Source: Macrostomum lignano
Taxonomy: Eukaryota
Assembly (NCBI GenBank): GCA_002269645.1
Contig: NIVC01001868.1
Location: 124,001 to 188,000 of the forward strand
Reading direction: 5' to 3'
DNA: 64,000 bases
The translations under genes and the position numbers were made by a program. Under the pieces are notes generated by a model that had not been told where the DNA came from, ran no database searches, and saw nothing but the letters and a program-made list of their open reading frames with translations. Below, in pieces: positions 33,509 through 48,812 of this stretch. Position 1 is the stretch's first letter; every line of letters starts with the position of its first letter.

Positions 33509-35714
33509 TCTCAAAATTAAGAACGTGCATTAATTTAGTCACGTACATGCAGAATTCTTAACTTCGCCCCCCCCCCACCAGTGCATTAACGCTGATTATG
33601 CTGTGGTGAAGTGACAAATTAATGAAAACCAAAATTCCCAGCGGGCAAGGTGCGCTTGGCGTCGGACTTATCGGAGGTGGAGCAACGCGGCCTTGGCTTG
33701 CGTGACGACCTCCCGCTGCTGCTCAGGAGCCTCCCCCCCCCCTCGGTGACATCTGGGCAGCGGGCGCCCGGAAGCCTGAACTCCCTATGCGCGCTAATCT
33801 CTCTTCCCCTACTGAGACCCCGCCTGGGCAGACCAGCGGTCACCGCGGGCCTGCTAGGTGGAGCTGCCGGGTTGGCGGCCCGAATCCGGCATGAGGAGTT
33901 TTCTGTCTCTCGCATTGTCTGCCCGCTCCCCACCCTCACTTTCCCTCGCTAATCCCCGCGCCATGCAACAGCTTCTTCTAAGCAGCGAGTGGGAGAGAGT
34001 GAATGGGAAGCATTTCAGGGCAGCCAAATATTTTGCCACCCAGAATATGGCAAAATAGGAGGGGGGGCTGTGCAGAACCTCACAACCGAAGGCACAAAAT
34101 GATTCACCAACCAACAATAGTCCCGACCGTGCCAGGCTAATCCCAGCTAACAAGAGCAGCAAAGCATTTTTTCGGCTCTTCCATTTAGTTGGCTACTTTT
34201 GCGGCCTCGCGGTGAAAGTAAGCAAAAACTGCTGCTGTCACGCCGCTGACGGTGGCCGACCGACTTTTGAATTGCGGGAACAGCAAGAGAAGGGTTGGAT
34301 AGGAAAGCGGAAAGGTTAGAATAGATAGAGAGAGAGCGGAACCCGGTCGAAGGACTTGAGCGCGGGCCACTTATGCCGACCCGCTGCTGCTCATAGACAG
34401 ACAGGAAGGTGGCGGGAAGGCCCGGATCTGAGAGCCTCAGCTGCTGCTGCTGCTGCAGGTCTGGATGACAGTGGCGTGCCAGCCACTGAAGAGCAACCAC
34501 TCTCTCTCAATTCATTGAGTCCCGCGCTGCTTTGCAGGCCCGTTTCCGGGTGGCAGGACTGAGAGGGAAAGTAAAGTGAGTGTTTGCTGAGCTCGTCACA
34601 TTGCAGCCCCCAGCCGCTGGGGTGAACAAAAACTGAGCGAGTGATTCTTCAGCTCTTCAGCTCTTCGCCACCTTAGCAAGGCCGGTGAAAGTTTTGGAAA
34701 GGCCGCGCCTGCCCCTAGCACCGCCTAAATGCTGGCGCATTGTTGGAGAGCTGGGGCGCGCTCTTGAGCCCTCATCTTTTATCCCAGTCATGGGGAGATA
34801 GTGCCCCCACCTATCCCCTCAGCAGTCACCTCCCCCCCCTTAATCAGCTTGATTTGCCACTATGATTGACAGTGACGGACAGCCGCGCATGGGGTGAAAG
34901 CTGCGGCAGTTTAGGCAGGCAGGCAGGCGGCTGCCTCCAGTGAGGCCTGGAGGAGGGCTGGGAGTTATGAAAAAATGAGGACTAGACAGACAGTAGCAGT
35001 AGAACGATCCCATTTTGTAGATGGTCCTTTTTGATCGCATATAGACTATTGAGAGAAAGCGAGTGCTGGCAGTGAGAGGGTGAAAATGAGTGGATAGATG
35101 AGTAGCACCCCAGGTGTGTCATCCGGGACGTTTGCTGCTGCCAAACACTTCGGTGTTTGAGTTTGGCCCGCGCCAGGTCTCTCGCCTGGTTCCGCATCCA
35201 TAATCCGCTTGGATCTATTTCGCGGCACAGATATATAGCTAGAGAGAGAGAGTAGTCGGAATGGGGGAAAGGAGATTTAAAGCAAAGAGGGAAGCCCCCC
35301 CCCTTGATGCGATCCCACCTGGCTGTAGAGCTGGCGGGCGGAAAAGTTGAAAGCTAGCCAACTTAGATGGCCTGATGATCCCCCGGTGCTGTTTGCTCTG
35401 GCGAGTGCCACCACAAACACACGCGGAGTTTTCTGACCGCCTTTTATCTACAGTGCCGCTGCAGATTGCATTCTGCTTTTAGGCGGCAGTCATTTGCGCG
35501 AGCAGAGTGCAGAAACTGGCTGCATCCGCCACCAGCATGCATTGTCTCGCCGCTTTGGCACAAACAGCTTTGGAATGCGGGAGCTAACCTTGACGACTGG
35601 GTGTAAAGCAGAGACGATTTGAGACTATTTGGAAACTTCCTCATCTGACTGCTTTGTAGGATATTTGGCTCATCTTCTTTAATGCTCTGACGTATACTCG
35701 TACATGCCTGGTCT

Positions 35715-35946
35715 ATCAGTATAATAGTTCGTTGAATGGATTGCTAATCTAGCCTACTTTAATAAAGTAATGGAATGGATTACTAATCTAGTCAACTTTA
35801 AGAAAGGAGTAGAATGGATTGCTAGTCTAGCTTATCAATACAGGAATAGAATCGATTGTTAATTTAGCCTACTTTAATAAAGGATTAGAATGGATTACTA
35901 ATCTAGCCTACTTCAATAAAGAAATAGAATGGATTGCTAATCTAGC
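35715..35946. repeat. Degenerate ~47 bp tandem repeat (GAATGGATTGCTAATCTAGCCTACTTTAATAAAG...)
   Basis: About 5 diverged copies. Confidence 0.8.
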
Positions 35947-37339
35947 AGAGATAATGCGCTGGAAACTCAAAGCTACAGATTGACAGCAATAGAGAATGAA
36001 TGCACTTTGCCAGGTGACACAATCAGTCTTTATCCAGACAGGTGAGTGGCCACCCGCTGGGATTTCTCTTTGCAGTTCCCAATCCCACTGCCGGGTGAGT
36101 GAGAAAGCAGAAAATATGAATAGAGGAGTTCAGCTCGCGGAAGCAGTCCACAGAGGGCCAGAAAAGAAAGTTGCTGTAACACCTGGCCTTTATCCGCTAC
36201 AGTGCCACATAGCTTACGCTAAGCCTGGCCTGCGCGCCCAGCACAATTTCCACCGGGACAAATCCCACTCTTGAATATTTCGCTAGTCTCGTGTTGCTCG
36301 GCACAGCCACTTTTTTCAACTCGCCACGCCAGCAGCGACTGGGAGAAAAAGACGAGGTGCGGGCAAGTGAGAGCTGGGAGCGGCCTGGAGGGGTGGCAGA
36401 GGGCAGGACCGATAAATGAAGGTGTTGCAAAAGCTAAGTGGTCTCGGAATTCGGAAGCATTTTGCGTATGTGGAGAGGCGGAAAGCAGGAGAAATAGAGA
36501 GGGAGAGTTACTACATTGAGCCTTTGAGCAAACAGTGCTCAATGAAGCCAATTGTCAAATTCTTCAACAGAACGCAGGCCTCGGGGTCCCTGGGACGCAA
36601 AGTGGTTTCATAGTTTCAGACGAATCCTGTTTGTGTAGTTTTTTTAACTCGACTACAGCGCCGTGTTTTTTGTCCGCTCTTCAACGCTGAGCTTCGCTGA
36701 GTGGGCACAGTTCGCTGCAGCAGCTGCCGCGACAGCTGCCTGGAAGATCTCGGCCTGAGGGAGCTTCCAGCAACTCCTCCGAGTGCCACTTCTGTCCGAC
36801 GTTACACGACTGCGTACACACACGCACTTGACTTGTGACTGCGGAATCGCAATGCAACTTGTTACGGAGATCTTCACTTCAGTGGGGGCTTTTGCTCTCT
36901 GAGCCGCTTGAACACGTCCTGGGAAGAAGCTCTGTGAGACCAACTATATCTCTGTATATCCGCGTCACTTATTCTGTTAGATTCTTCATCTCTCCATGGG
37001 CTGATTTCATTTGTCCTTCTCTGCTATGGGGTCAGCTGACACCTTGACCCCCTATAGATCCTACACTGCATCGCCCTCAGGCCTGTGACCAAGGTTAATA
37101 GCGTAGCAACCATCTGCCAGTAGAGCATAGGGCCTGCGCGCCTCATCAGGTTTGACTGGCAGGGACTGCGGGACTCTCAGAGTTGGTCAGTCAATTATTT
37201 TATGAGAGCTGGCGACAGAGCAAAATGACTACACTTATTTATCCTCACTTCAGGCCTGTATGACAATTATGAATGAAGTTACTCTCCGCCATCTCGTGTC
37301 AGGCAGGCAATGGGCCGGCACAGTTTGCTTGTCTGTTAC

Positions 37340-37340
<1 letters not shown>

Positions 37341-37383
<43 letters not shown>
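37341..37383. repeat. (GCT)14 microsatellite
   Basis: Direct reading. Confidence 0.95.
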
Positions 37384-37384
<1 letters not shown>

Positions 37385-38257
37385 AGATCTTTAAAGAGGC
37401 AAAAGTGAGTGGGCAATCCGATGCATGATAATTCCCACTTAATTTTGGTGGCTACCTCCCTCTGAGCGAGGCTGCTGTAAATGTTGCTCTTGGCATGGCT
37501 ATTTGTCTGCTTTCTGCTTCTAAAAGCCGGAAAGCTTAGCGGAAGTGAGTGGCCATTTTGCGCATTAGGGCTGCACTTAATTGACTAAAACACGGGTGAA
37601 TAGAGGACCTCGACTTAACATATATATATACTATGATTGCATATAGTCAACTTCATAATGCCTTTATTGTGTATTTAGCGTGTGTATTGTGTGTGTTTTA
37701 AAATTTGACTCCGCAACTTCGGCGATAAGTCACTGTGAGAATTTTTTATCAAACAGCAATTTATAATAACATTTAGAAACAAAACTGTCAATATTGAATA
37801 GAAAGCGGCATGCTGGACAGTGGGAACTCGCTCAAGTACAATACAAGATTGGAGAAGCAAAAAAAGAACCTCGAGGTTCAAATTGACAACAGCAAAGCAT
37901 TTAAGACAGTTCTGCAGCTGTGGCATGTAGTTCTTGCACTTTCGAATGGAAGTGTAAAGCTTTCTAATATAGAGCAGATTAGCGGACGCATACAAGTCTG
38001 ATTGTCTGGAACTGCTGTAATCCTGTGAGTTGTGGGGAAAAAACACGCTGGTCTGTCTGTGCGGAAGAGATACTTAGAGCGGTGCAACAGATAGGCAAAC
38101 TCACTATACAGGTACACTGGGGAGCTATGAGTATAATAGTATGGCTCGAATAACTATTTAGTGTGAAGAGAACATTCGGACAGTTCAAGCATAGTTCAGC
38201 GCAGCGCGTGTGTGTACACAATAAGCAGCAAAATGGTCATTACAGGTGCAGCAGGAC

Positions 38258-39072
38258 TCACTGCTTGCCGGGGAAGTATGCAGGGCCGCCAAACAGCGGC
38301 GGCAAGTAGAACGGCATGGGCGGGAAACCCGCCGCCACCGACGAAGCTGCTGCTGGCGGCTGCGGCGGCGGCGGTACAGCGACCTGCTGCGGAGGCGACA
38401 GGCCCGCAGCTGCGGCTGCTGCCGCCGCTGCCGCCGCCGCTGCAGCTGCGAAGTCCCGTTTGATGCCGCCGAACACAGCGTGATGATGCTGGAGGTGGTG
38501 GTGGCGGGTCAGCCCGGCTGCCTTGAACGGCTCCGCCGAGTGTCGCTGCCCTCGGTGGCTGTTCTGGTGCTGCTGGCCGTGCGGCCTCGGCGGCTGGCGG
38601 CCCGCAGCCGGGCTGGCGTCGTCGCTCTCTTCGCAGACTCCGCCGCGCGGCTTCTCGGCAGACGAGTCGAGATCATCGCTGATGCCGCCGCCGCTGCCGC
38701 TCGGCCTTCGGTGGTGGCTCCGGTGGCCGTGGTGTCGGCTGCCTCGCCCGACAGCTGGAGCAGCGGCGGCGCCGGCCAGAGCGGCGCTCACCGTCACAGC
38801 CGAGGACGGATCGGCACCTTCGTGGAGCTTCCTGATGTGCTTCTTCAAGTCGAAGTTGCGGCAGAAGCCTTTGTTGCAGATGGCGCAGCTGAACGGTTTC
38901 TGCTCATTGTGGGTGTGCATGTGGAATGTCAGGTTGTAGATCTGGTGGAAGGCTTTGTTGCAGATGTTGCACTTGTATTGCTTCTCGCTGGAGTGCGTCA
39001 GCTTGTGGTTTTTGTAGTTTCCCTTCTGGTGGAAACCTTTGCCGCAGATTTCACACTTGTAGGGCTTGTAGC
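38258..39072 (-). CDS. Fezf: Fez family zinc finger protein, coding exon 4 (ZF4-ZF6 and C-terminus)
   Basis: Acceptor CCACCGCAG|; [27 protein letters not shown]...[21 protein letters not shown]...[22 protein letters not shown]; stop at 38258. Joined CDS is 2400 nt (799 aa). Confidence 0.97.
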
Positions 39073-39139
39073 CTGCGGTGGTTGAATTAAATGGGTTGAG
39101 ACTTGAAATGAAATTTGGTAGAGGCGGATAGCGGTGGAT

Positions 39140-40096
<957 letters not shown>

Positions 40097-42104
40097 CTAA
40101 TTTTTGTTAGCATCAATTTCGCCTCTCTTTATCTGTTTATTCTACCCAGATGAATTTTAGCGATTTGAAGTGATCGCTAATGGACGGGGGGACCCGGAGC
40201 GCCGGTGTTTCACTAATCGCTATGGGCTCATTACACCTGCCCTACCTGTGCAGAGCACAATGGTATACTCGGCCTTTTCATCACTGCAGCACTGCGGCGG
40301 TGCAGCAGCTGCCGCCCTCACTGAAGCACAACAAGCAGCCGGGTGAGTGTTTGCTCAAGGTGAGCCGCGAGCAATCGTGTATATGATAGTCATGTATGTC
40401 TGAGCTCCAGAGATGCCCAGACCAAAAAACACACAGAGACGCCACGCGGCTTCCTCTCCCATGCTGATAAATGTTGAGAAAGAAAAGAATGCTCAAAGCA
40501 TTTTTATCCCAAGCAATTTGCCTTGTATAAATAATATTTTGCCAGCAAGTGCAGCAAAGGCAACACTTGTCACACTTGGGCGGCACTTCTGGGGAAGTCA
40601 AAAACTGCCCCTGCAGCTCTGAGTTCTGCATTGTCAAATAAAATATACAGAGTTAGAGAGAAAGTGAGTGAGAGAGAGATTAAAATGATGAGGAAGCCAG
40701 CTCCAGTTGAATTTGTCTCCGCCATAGAAGCCAGCACTCCAGCGGGGAGGCAGGCAAGGCCTGTGGCGGCTGTAAACTGTTCAATTCAAGTTGTCATACA
40801 AGGGGAGCTATGAGGACTGCTGCTGCTGCTGCTAGTGGCGCCGGGAGTGCAGGTTGCTTTCTTTGTTGGAGCTCCACGTCATTGAAGTGGAGTGAAGAAA
40901 GTGAGGGGATGCTGAGGAGAGAGTTGCAGCGGCGGCGGCGGTGGCGGCAGCGGCGCCCCAGAGAGCAGCGGCTGGGTGTGCTGGGGGGGGCTCTCCAGCA
41001 AAAGTGGAATTATTTACAACATTTATTCTGCAGCAGATCGATTCCGCAACCTTCTCCGCCCAACCTTTTACCAATCAATTCCCCCTGGCTAAACCAGAGG
41101 CACCCTGGTCTCTAAGTCCGCCGCCCCGCCCCCCTTCAGCTGTCTGTCAACCGCACGGCACGGCGCTCTGCCCATTTTTGCTCCTCAGCCGCCGCCTCCG
41201 CCTTTCCTTTCTTCACTGCCCCTACCCCCAATTCCCCCCCCCCTACTCTCTCTAAGCTGGCCACCTCCCGCTCCTCAATTCCCTAACAAAACCTGCAACT
41301 TTCCTTCTCACCTGCTGGCCGTTTCACGGGGGGGGGGGGTTGGCATGACAGGGCAATGAAAGTGATGGCTGAAGGTAAGCCTTGCTGGGTTCGCGCCCGT
41401 TCCTTTTTGCAGAGGAGCCCCCGCCAGTTCCCTTTTCTATATAAGATTAGGAAAATCGCGTGCCTGGGAGTTTGAAATAGAAGATTAGCCCCGAGCACCT
41501 ATCACTCTCAGGTCCCGTAGCCATCCAATCCGGCTAAATAACCATGCGGTATTTATTTATTTAAAGATATTTTTCTAAACTGCAATTACTTCTCCCTATT
41601 ATAGAGTAGCCAAGGGGTGAGAACTATGCATGGACTGGTCTGAGGGGTGGAGTGAAAGAGGGCGGGCTTTGAGAGTGACCCGGGATTCGCCGAACTTGCC
41701 GCGTCATCCGTGACTGACGCGACAACGATTAGACTCGCGACGATGGAGTGGGCGGAGAGGCTGCCTCAGCTGACTGACGGATTGAGTTTTCTCAGGCAAC
41801 TATGGGTTGAAGTTGTGGGTGCAGCTGCTCGCAAATGGCCGCCTTGGCAGCTCGCCGTTGCGGAACTTTTGCAGTCGGCGCGCGTGAATGCCCAGCAAGA
41901 CGGAAGCGGCGCTAAAATCTGCTTCTGGCCTACAGGGCTTGAGCTGGCATTGATCGCTGATGGGGGACTGCTCACCGCTAGCTCACCTTTGATTGCCAGT
42001 CCACTTTCGCTACTCGTTTCTGGCCAACTCACTGCTCACTGCCCACTGCTCACGTATGGCCATGTAGATATCCTGTACAACTGTTCGACTACCATGTATG
42101 TAGC

Positions 42105-44212
42105 TACTCAGCTACCACTGTAGCTACTCAACTGCCCCTGTAGCTACTCACCTACCACTCTAGCTACTCAGATACCCCTGTAGCTACTCAACTACCCCTG
42201 TAGCTACTCAGCTACTCCTGTAGAAACTCAACAGCCTCTGTAACTACTCAGCCACCCCTGTCGCAACTCATTTGCCCATGTATCTACTCAGCTACCCCTG
42301 TAGCTACTCAACTACCTCGAAGCTACTCAGCTACCTCTGTAGCAACTCAATTGCCCCTGTAACTACTCAGTTACTACTGTAGCTACTCAACTTCCACTGT
42401 AGTTACTCAGCTACTATTGCAGCTACTGAGCTTCCACTGTAGTTACTCAGCTACCACTGTAGCTACTGAGCTACCACTTTAGCTACTGAGCTACCACTTT
42501 AGCTACTGAGCTACCACTTTAGCTACTCAATTTCCACTGTAGTTACTCAGCTACCACTGTAGCTACTGAGCTACCACTTTAGCTACTGAGCTACCACTTT
42601 AGCTACTGAGCTACCACTGCAGCTACTAAACTACCACTTTAGCTACTGAGCTACCACTTTAGCTACTCAGCTACCACTGCAGCTACTAAACTACCACTTT
42701 AGCTACTGAGCTACCACTTTAGCTACTCAGCTACCACTTTAGCTACTGAGCTACCACTTTAGCTACTGAGCTACCACTTTAGCTACTGAGCTACCACTTT
42801 AGCTACTCAGCTACCACTGCAGCTACTAAACTACCACTTTAGCTACTCAGCTACCACTGCAGCTACTAAACTACCACTTTAGCTACTCAGCTACAACTGC
42901 AGCTACTAAACTACCACTTTAGCTACTGAGCTACCACTTTAGCTACTCAGCTACCACTGCAGCTACTAAACTACCACTTTAGCTACTGAGCTACCACTTT
43001 AGCTACTCAGCTACCACTGCAGCTACTAAACTACAACTTTAGCTACTGAGCTACCACTTTAGCTACTCAGCTACCACTGCAGCTACTAAACTACAACTTT
43101 AGCTACTGAGCTACCACTTTAGCTACTGAGCTACCACTTTAGCTACTGAGCTACCACTTTAGCTACTAAACTACCACTTTAGCTACTGAGCTACCACTTT
43201 AGCTACTCAGCTACCACTGCAGCTACTAAACTACCACTTTAGCTACTGAGCTACCACTTTAGCTACTCAGCTACCACTGCAGCTACTAAACTACCACTTT
43301 AGCTACTCAGCTACCACTGCAGCTACTAAACTACCACTTTAGCTACTCAGCTACCACTGCAGCTACTGAGCTACCACTTTAGCTACTGAGCTACCACTTT
43401 AGCTACTCAGCTACCACTTTAGCTACTAAACTACCACTTTAGCTACTGAGCTACCACTTTAGCTACTCAGCTACCACTGCAGCTACTAAACTACCACTTT
43501 AGCTACTGAGCTACCACTTTAGCTACTCAGCTACCACTGCAGCTACTAAACTACCACTTTAGCTACTGAGCTACCCCTTTAGCTACTCAGCTACCACTGC
43601 AGCTACTAAACTACCACTTTAGCTACTGAGCTACCACTTTAGCCACTCAGCTACCACTGCAGCTACTAAACTACAACTTTAGCTACTGAGCTACCACTTT
43701 AGCTACTCAGCTACCACTGCAGCTACTAAACTACAACTTTAGCTACTGAGCTACCACTTTAGCTACTCAGCTACCACTGAAGCTACTAAACTACCACTTT
43801 AGCTACTGAGCTACCACTTTAGCTACTCAGCTACCACTTTAGCTACTAAACTACCACTTTAGCTACTGAGCTACCACTTTAGCTACTCAGCTACCACTGC
43901 AGCTACTAAACTACCACTTTAGCTACTGAGCTACCACTTTAGCTACTCAGCTACCACTGCAGCTACTAAACTACAACTTTAGCTACTGAGCTACCACTTT
44001 AGCTACTGAGCTACCACTTTAGCTACTCAGCTACCACTGCAGCTACTAAACTACCACTTTAGCTACTGAGCTACCACTTTAGCTACTCAGCTACCACTGC
44101 AGCTACTAAACTACAACTTTAGCTACTGAGCTACCACTTTAGCTACTGAGCTACCACTTTAGTTACTCAGCTACCACTGCAGCTACCAAACTACCACTTT
44201 AGCTACTCAGCT
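42105..44212. repeat. 20 bp minisatellite (AGCTACTGAGCTACCACTTT) with 60 bp higher-order repeat, Fezf intron 2
   Basis: About 100 units; three variant monomers recur in fixed order. Confidence 0.97.
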
Positions 44213-45624
44213 ACAGAGGCATTGAAGCAATAAATTTCACGGATTCCCAGTTTCCGCTGCCACCGCCACCATCAGCAGCAGCAACAACAGCAGCTCAGAA
44301 ATTAACTTTTCCCGCGGCACCACCCGCTGCGCTGGTGTTTTGTGTTGCTTTTTTACTCTTTCTTATTCCAGCAAAGCTGCCGCAGCAGCACCCGCTCACG
44401 TCTGACTCCCCGAAAGAATGAGTATCAGGCCATACAGGTGAGGCGGCTGAGTTCCTTCCCAGCGGGTGACTCCTCCATCCATCTGCATGGGCTCCCATCC
44501 CGGGAAAAAAGTAGAAGGCAAAATTTTCAAAATTCCTTGGGCGTAAAAACATACCCAGGGAGCGACACTTCTGAAAGACAATTTTCTTTCACCCCGGTTC
44601 CACTCGAGGAAGCAACCCTAACCATCCGTTATGTGCTTATTTTGTTTCTCAATTCATTGCTTTCTGAAAATTGTCTTCAATTTCTTGAGGTGTTCACTGT
44701 CTACTGCTTTTACTCAGCGTCTATTCTTTCAGTTTTTATATTGTTAAGAAGGTCATTTGTGCCGACTGACGAAGCTCACCGAGAGCCGCCGTTGAGACCG
44801 GCAGGCACTGCAGCGAGTGCAGTGCTCAAATCACTTTCGAGTGAAGCCCTACTTTTCGTATGCTTTTTCTTCTGCTTTCGGCTGTTGCTTTGAAGTGCTT
44901 TCGTAGAAAGGGAAAGCATCAAGCTTAAAGGAATCAACTGGCGGACTCAAGTTGTGATTGTTGCTATTAAATACTTTTTCTACATCTCAGCGCCTGGGCT
45001 GATGACGAGTGCCCCCCCCCCCACCCATAAATACGCTGGTTTTGGAGTCAACAGGCGGCTTCAAAAGAACTCAGCCGCCTGTCGAAAGGCAGAAAAAGTC
45101 GAATAAAAAATGGAACAAAGATTTTGGAGTTTGAGCGACCATCTAGAGATGAAGATGAAGAGAGAAAGAAGCTGCAGTCGGGCGGGCAAGCAGTTGGAGG
45201 GTGTCTTCAAAGACCAAGGAACGCTTCGAAATAAGGTTTGGCCCTCCAAGGAAGCGGAAAGCCATTAAAAACACAGTGCGACAGCGGAATACTGCTCCAG
45301 TTGCTAGGCAGTTCCCCATATGCAGGATGAATTATGCAATTTGCCGGTGAGAGCGGGAATTCCATAGGGAATATCGAATGCGCTTCTAGGAATGACTGCA
45401 GTTTTTTATTGTAGGGATTTTCATTCTCCAAGGTCACCTGTGGGAACTCGCTGTGTGGCAGATGGAGCATCTGAGCTGCGCTCTTCAGCTGCACCGCTCT
45501 CAATTTCTGGGATGCTGACAATTTGCATTTGGGCTGCTCGAATCGAGTCTCGTTCGATTTATTATTCATTTGTGGAATTTCAGTGCCAAAGATGAGTTAA
45601 ATAGCCTTACCTACCTAAACAAGG

Positions 45625-45888
<264 letters not shown>

Positions 45889-47266
45889 CATTACAGACAG
45901 ATATTCTTATGCTTCCGCAGCTAAAAATTTAATAGTGTTTCAGTCGCGCAGCACATTAATTTATGAGTCTCCAAGGGAGCTTGCAGTGTGTTGTGCTTAT
46001 GCGTCTTCTTCAGTTATTGTTGCCAAGGCCAGAAGCCAAGGCTGTCAAGGGGCTGGAGAGCAATATACTATAGAGGGGGGCTAGACACCCATAGCTTGTA
46101 TTAAGATGAGAACCTCGGCCTGCATGCGAGTTGGGGCGCCATTTGGGGGAACGGAAGAGGTGTGAGAGCCGACTCGCATGACGCAAGAGACTGCCCGCTG
46201 AGAGCATTTAGCAACAAAACACTGGGTTCGGGGTGAGGGGTGGGACTCGAACGGCGAGGAAATGCTTAGTTTGGTGTCGGTGGGTAATATTTTGGGAGAA
46301 TCGGCAGTGGGAAGGGTGAAACTCATTAAACGGGGGGAGGGAAGGGAAACAACACCCGTGGGGGGATTAAATGCTAACCCCAGGGGCTGAGGCCCATAGA
46401 CATTGCGGGCTCCCGCCGTGAAAATAACCGGGGCACAGGAGGCCACCGGGGCACTTGGCTGCGATGCTCAAACTGTTCATATATCAGACTGCACTGCCGA
46501 GACTCAGAGCTCAACTGCCAATTGATGTTCCGAGCTCCGCGGGGCCATCTGACAGTCCTTCGTGCGGCTCGCCCCATCGCACAAAGGAAGTGTCGGATGA
46601 AACTATTGTCAGTTAACAACTTTTCGGGATCTGGATGGATGCGTGCCGGCCCTGTCCGGCCCCGCCTACTGAGCGGGAAAAATTGTGTCAGAAAGGGAAA
46701 AAAAGAATTAAAGAATTTCGGTCGGTTTGGCGAAGCGCAAAAACTGGATTGAATCAGTGCGGGCATGCAGCGCCGCCCAGATTGATGACACAGATGGATG
46801 GATGGAGAAGTTTTCAGTGCTAAAAAACTTGCTCTGGTATTAAGCGCGCGAGCTCGGCACTGGAGTAGCAATCTTGATGACTACACACGCTCGATCTAAT
46901 TCACTTGGAAACAGAGGCCACTCAGTTCAATAGACCCCCGCAATCGGTGCGTAAAATCGAAGTCAATTTGCTACCCTGATAGGATTTGCCGCAAGGTGAC
47001 AATTTTCTCGCAGCCGAAAAGCAGAGAAATTAATTCTCAGCTCAATATCGAATGGATTTATGAGGATCCTGCATCTGATGGGGTGAGCTTGCAGGAAACT
47101 GGGCCACGGACAGTTGCAAATACGGAAATTAGTCCCGTGCGGCGCCTTAGCGAGCGCCTTTCCGATTGAAGATAAAATCAATTCGTGGCCCAGGAGCAGA
47201 GTGGGGAGGCGCCCAGAATGTGTATCATTACTAATATAGATTGGCGAGTTGTTCCCACTCTCTCAC

Positions 47267-47756
47267 CTTGCAGATGAACGGCCTGGCGCCCGTGTGCACC
47301 GGCATGTGCCTGGTCAGGTTGTAGTGCGCGTTGAACACCTTGCCGCACTCCGGACAGGTGAACGTCTTCCCGGCAACCGCCTGCTTGCTGCCCGACGAGC
47401 CGCCACTGCCGGCGCCGTCCGCCGCGGTGGCGTTGCTGTCGTCTCCGCCGCCGATATCGCGTTCCTCTTCGTCCTCCTCCTCTTCCTCCTCCTCGTCCAC
47501 GTCTTCATCCGCAGCTTCCTCATCCTCATCCTCCTCTTCCTCTTCGTTGGCGTCTTCTGTCGCAGCTGTCGAAGCCGCGGCCGCTGCTGCCAAGTCGCCT
47601 TTGTCTTCCGCCTCGTTGTCGTCGTCCTCCTCGCCGGCTGCGGACTCGGAGCGCCGCGACAGGGACAGGTTGGCGGCAGAGGCCGAGGAGCCGCGCTCCT
47701 GCTCTGCGACGCTCAAGTTTGAGTAGTTCTCCGCCTCCTCTGATAGCGCCGGTTCG
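47267..47756 (-). CDS. Fezf: Fez family zinc finger protein, coding exon 2 (acidic tract, ZF1)
   Basis: Acceptor CCGCAG| at 47757 (phase 2 fits). [32 protein letters not shown] is diagnostic for Fezf. Donor AAG|GTGAGA. Confidence 0.95.
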
Positions 47757-47862
47757 CTGCGGTTTCAGACAGGACAAATTCATTTTTGCAAAGCGATTCA
47801 AGTATAAGACTATATTCTACTAAATGCTACTAAAAATGATGAAAAATGTCGTATTAGCTTAC

Positions 47863-48156
47863 GCGCTTTTAATCGCTTGCGATGCTTCAATCAACCTTCG
47901 GTGTCCTCCGTTGCTCAAGTTTTCTGGCGTCGGCACAGGCATTGCTTGCTGCTGTTGTTGCTGTCGATGCAAGGTCTGAGGCTGCAGCTGCGGCAGCTGC
48001 GTCGGCGGCGGCGGCGGTGGCGGCAGCGGCACGGGCAGGGAAAGCGGCGGCGCAGCCTCCATCCTTGAATTCTTGTTGAACTTCCCGGTGGTGCCAGCGC
48101 CTCGCTGCTGACTGGATTGGAATGATTGTGCCTGCGGTGGGGACAACACAGCCCGC

Positions 48157-48231
<75 letters not shown>

Positions 48232-48812
48232 GACGCCATCGTGGCCTGCTGATGCTGTTGCTGTAGAAACGCCGCCAGCAGCTGCTGATACTGCGGCGAC
48301 ATCAGCAGCGTCGGTGGAGGCGGTGGCGGCGGCGGTGGCGGCGGCAGTGGCGGCTGCTGCGACTGGCGCTGCTGATGTTGCAGTTTGGAATCGGCGGCAG
48401 CCACGGCGGCCAGCAGCGCGGCGTGGCCCGCCGGCGCGAAGGGCAGAAGGGGGGCCGGGCAGCCGCCAGCGGGGAAGCAGGGGAGACAGCGGTTGAGTTG
48501 ATGATGCTGCTGCTGCTGGTGATGATGATGATGCAGCACTCCAGCGTCACCTCCACAGCCGCCTCGTCTGGCGTGATGGTGGAAGCCAGACGCCGGCTCC
48601 TTGCGGGCAGTCACGGCAGACTGAGCAGCGAACGGAGCCTCGGGCGGCTGCGACCGCGCCATCTTGCAGGGTGGTGGGCGGCCCGCTGGAAGGGCGCTGG
48701 AGTGCGCCTTCTCCAGCAGCGGCGGGGCCTCCGCACCGTTGGCTCCACCGCCACCGCCGCCGCCGCCGCAGTCATCGATCAAGGAAGCGATGGAGAACTT
48801 CAGGCCGCTCAT
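47863..48812 (-). CDS. Fezf: Fez family zinc finger protein, coding exon 1 (eh1 repressor motif, polyQ/polyP)
   Basis: MSGLKFSIASLID contains the eh1 motif FSIxxLI at the N-terminus, as in Fezf/earmuff. Donor GC|GTAAGC after 47863 (phase 2). Confidence 0.85.

Noticed and set aside
46235-46260. GTTCGAGTCCCACC T-loop-like motif on the minus strand
   Set aside because: The 5' side of the T stem does not pair and there is no upstream tRNA body.
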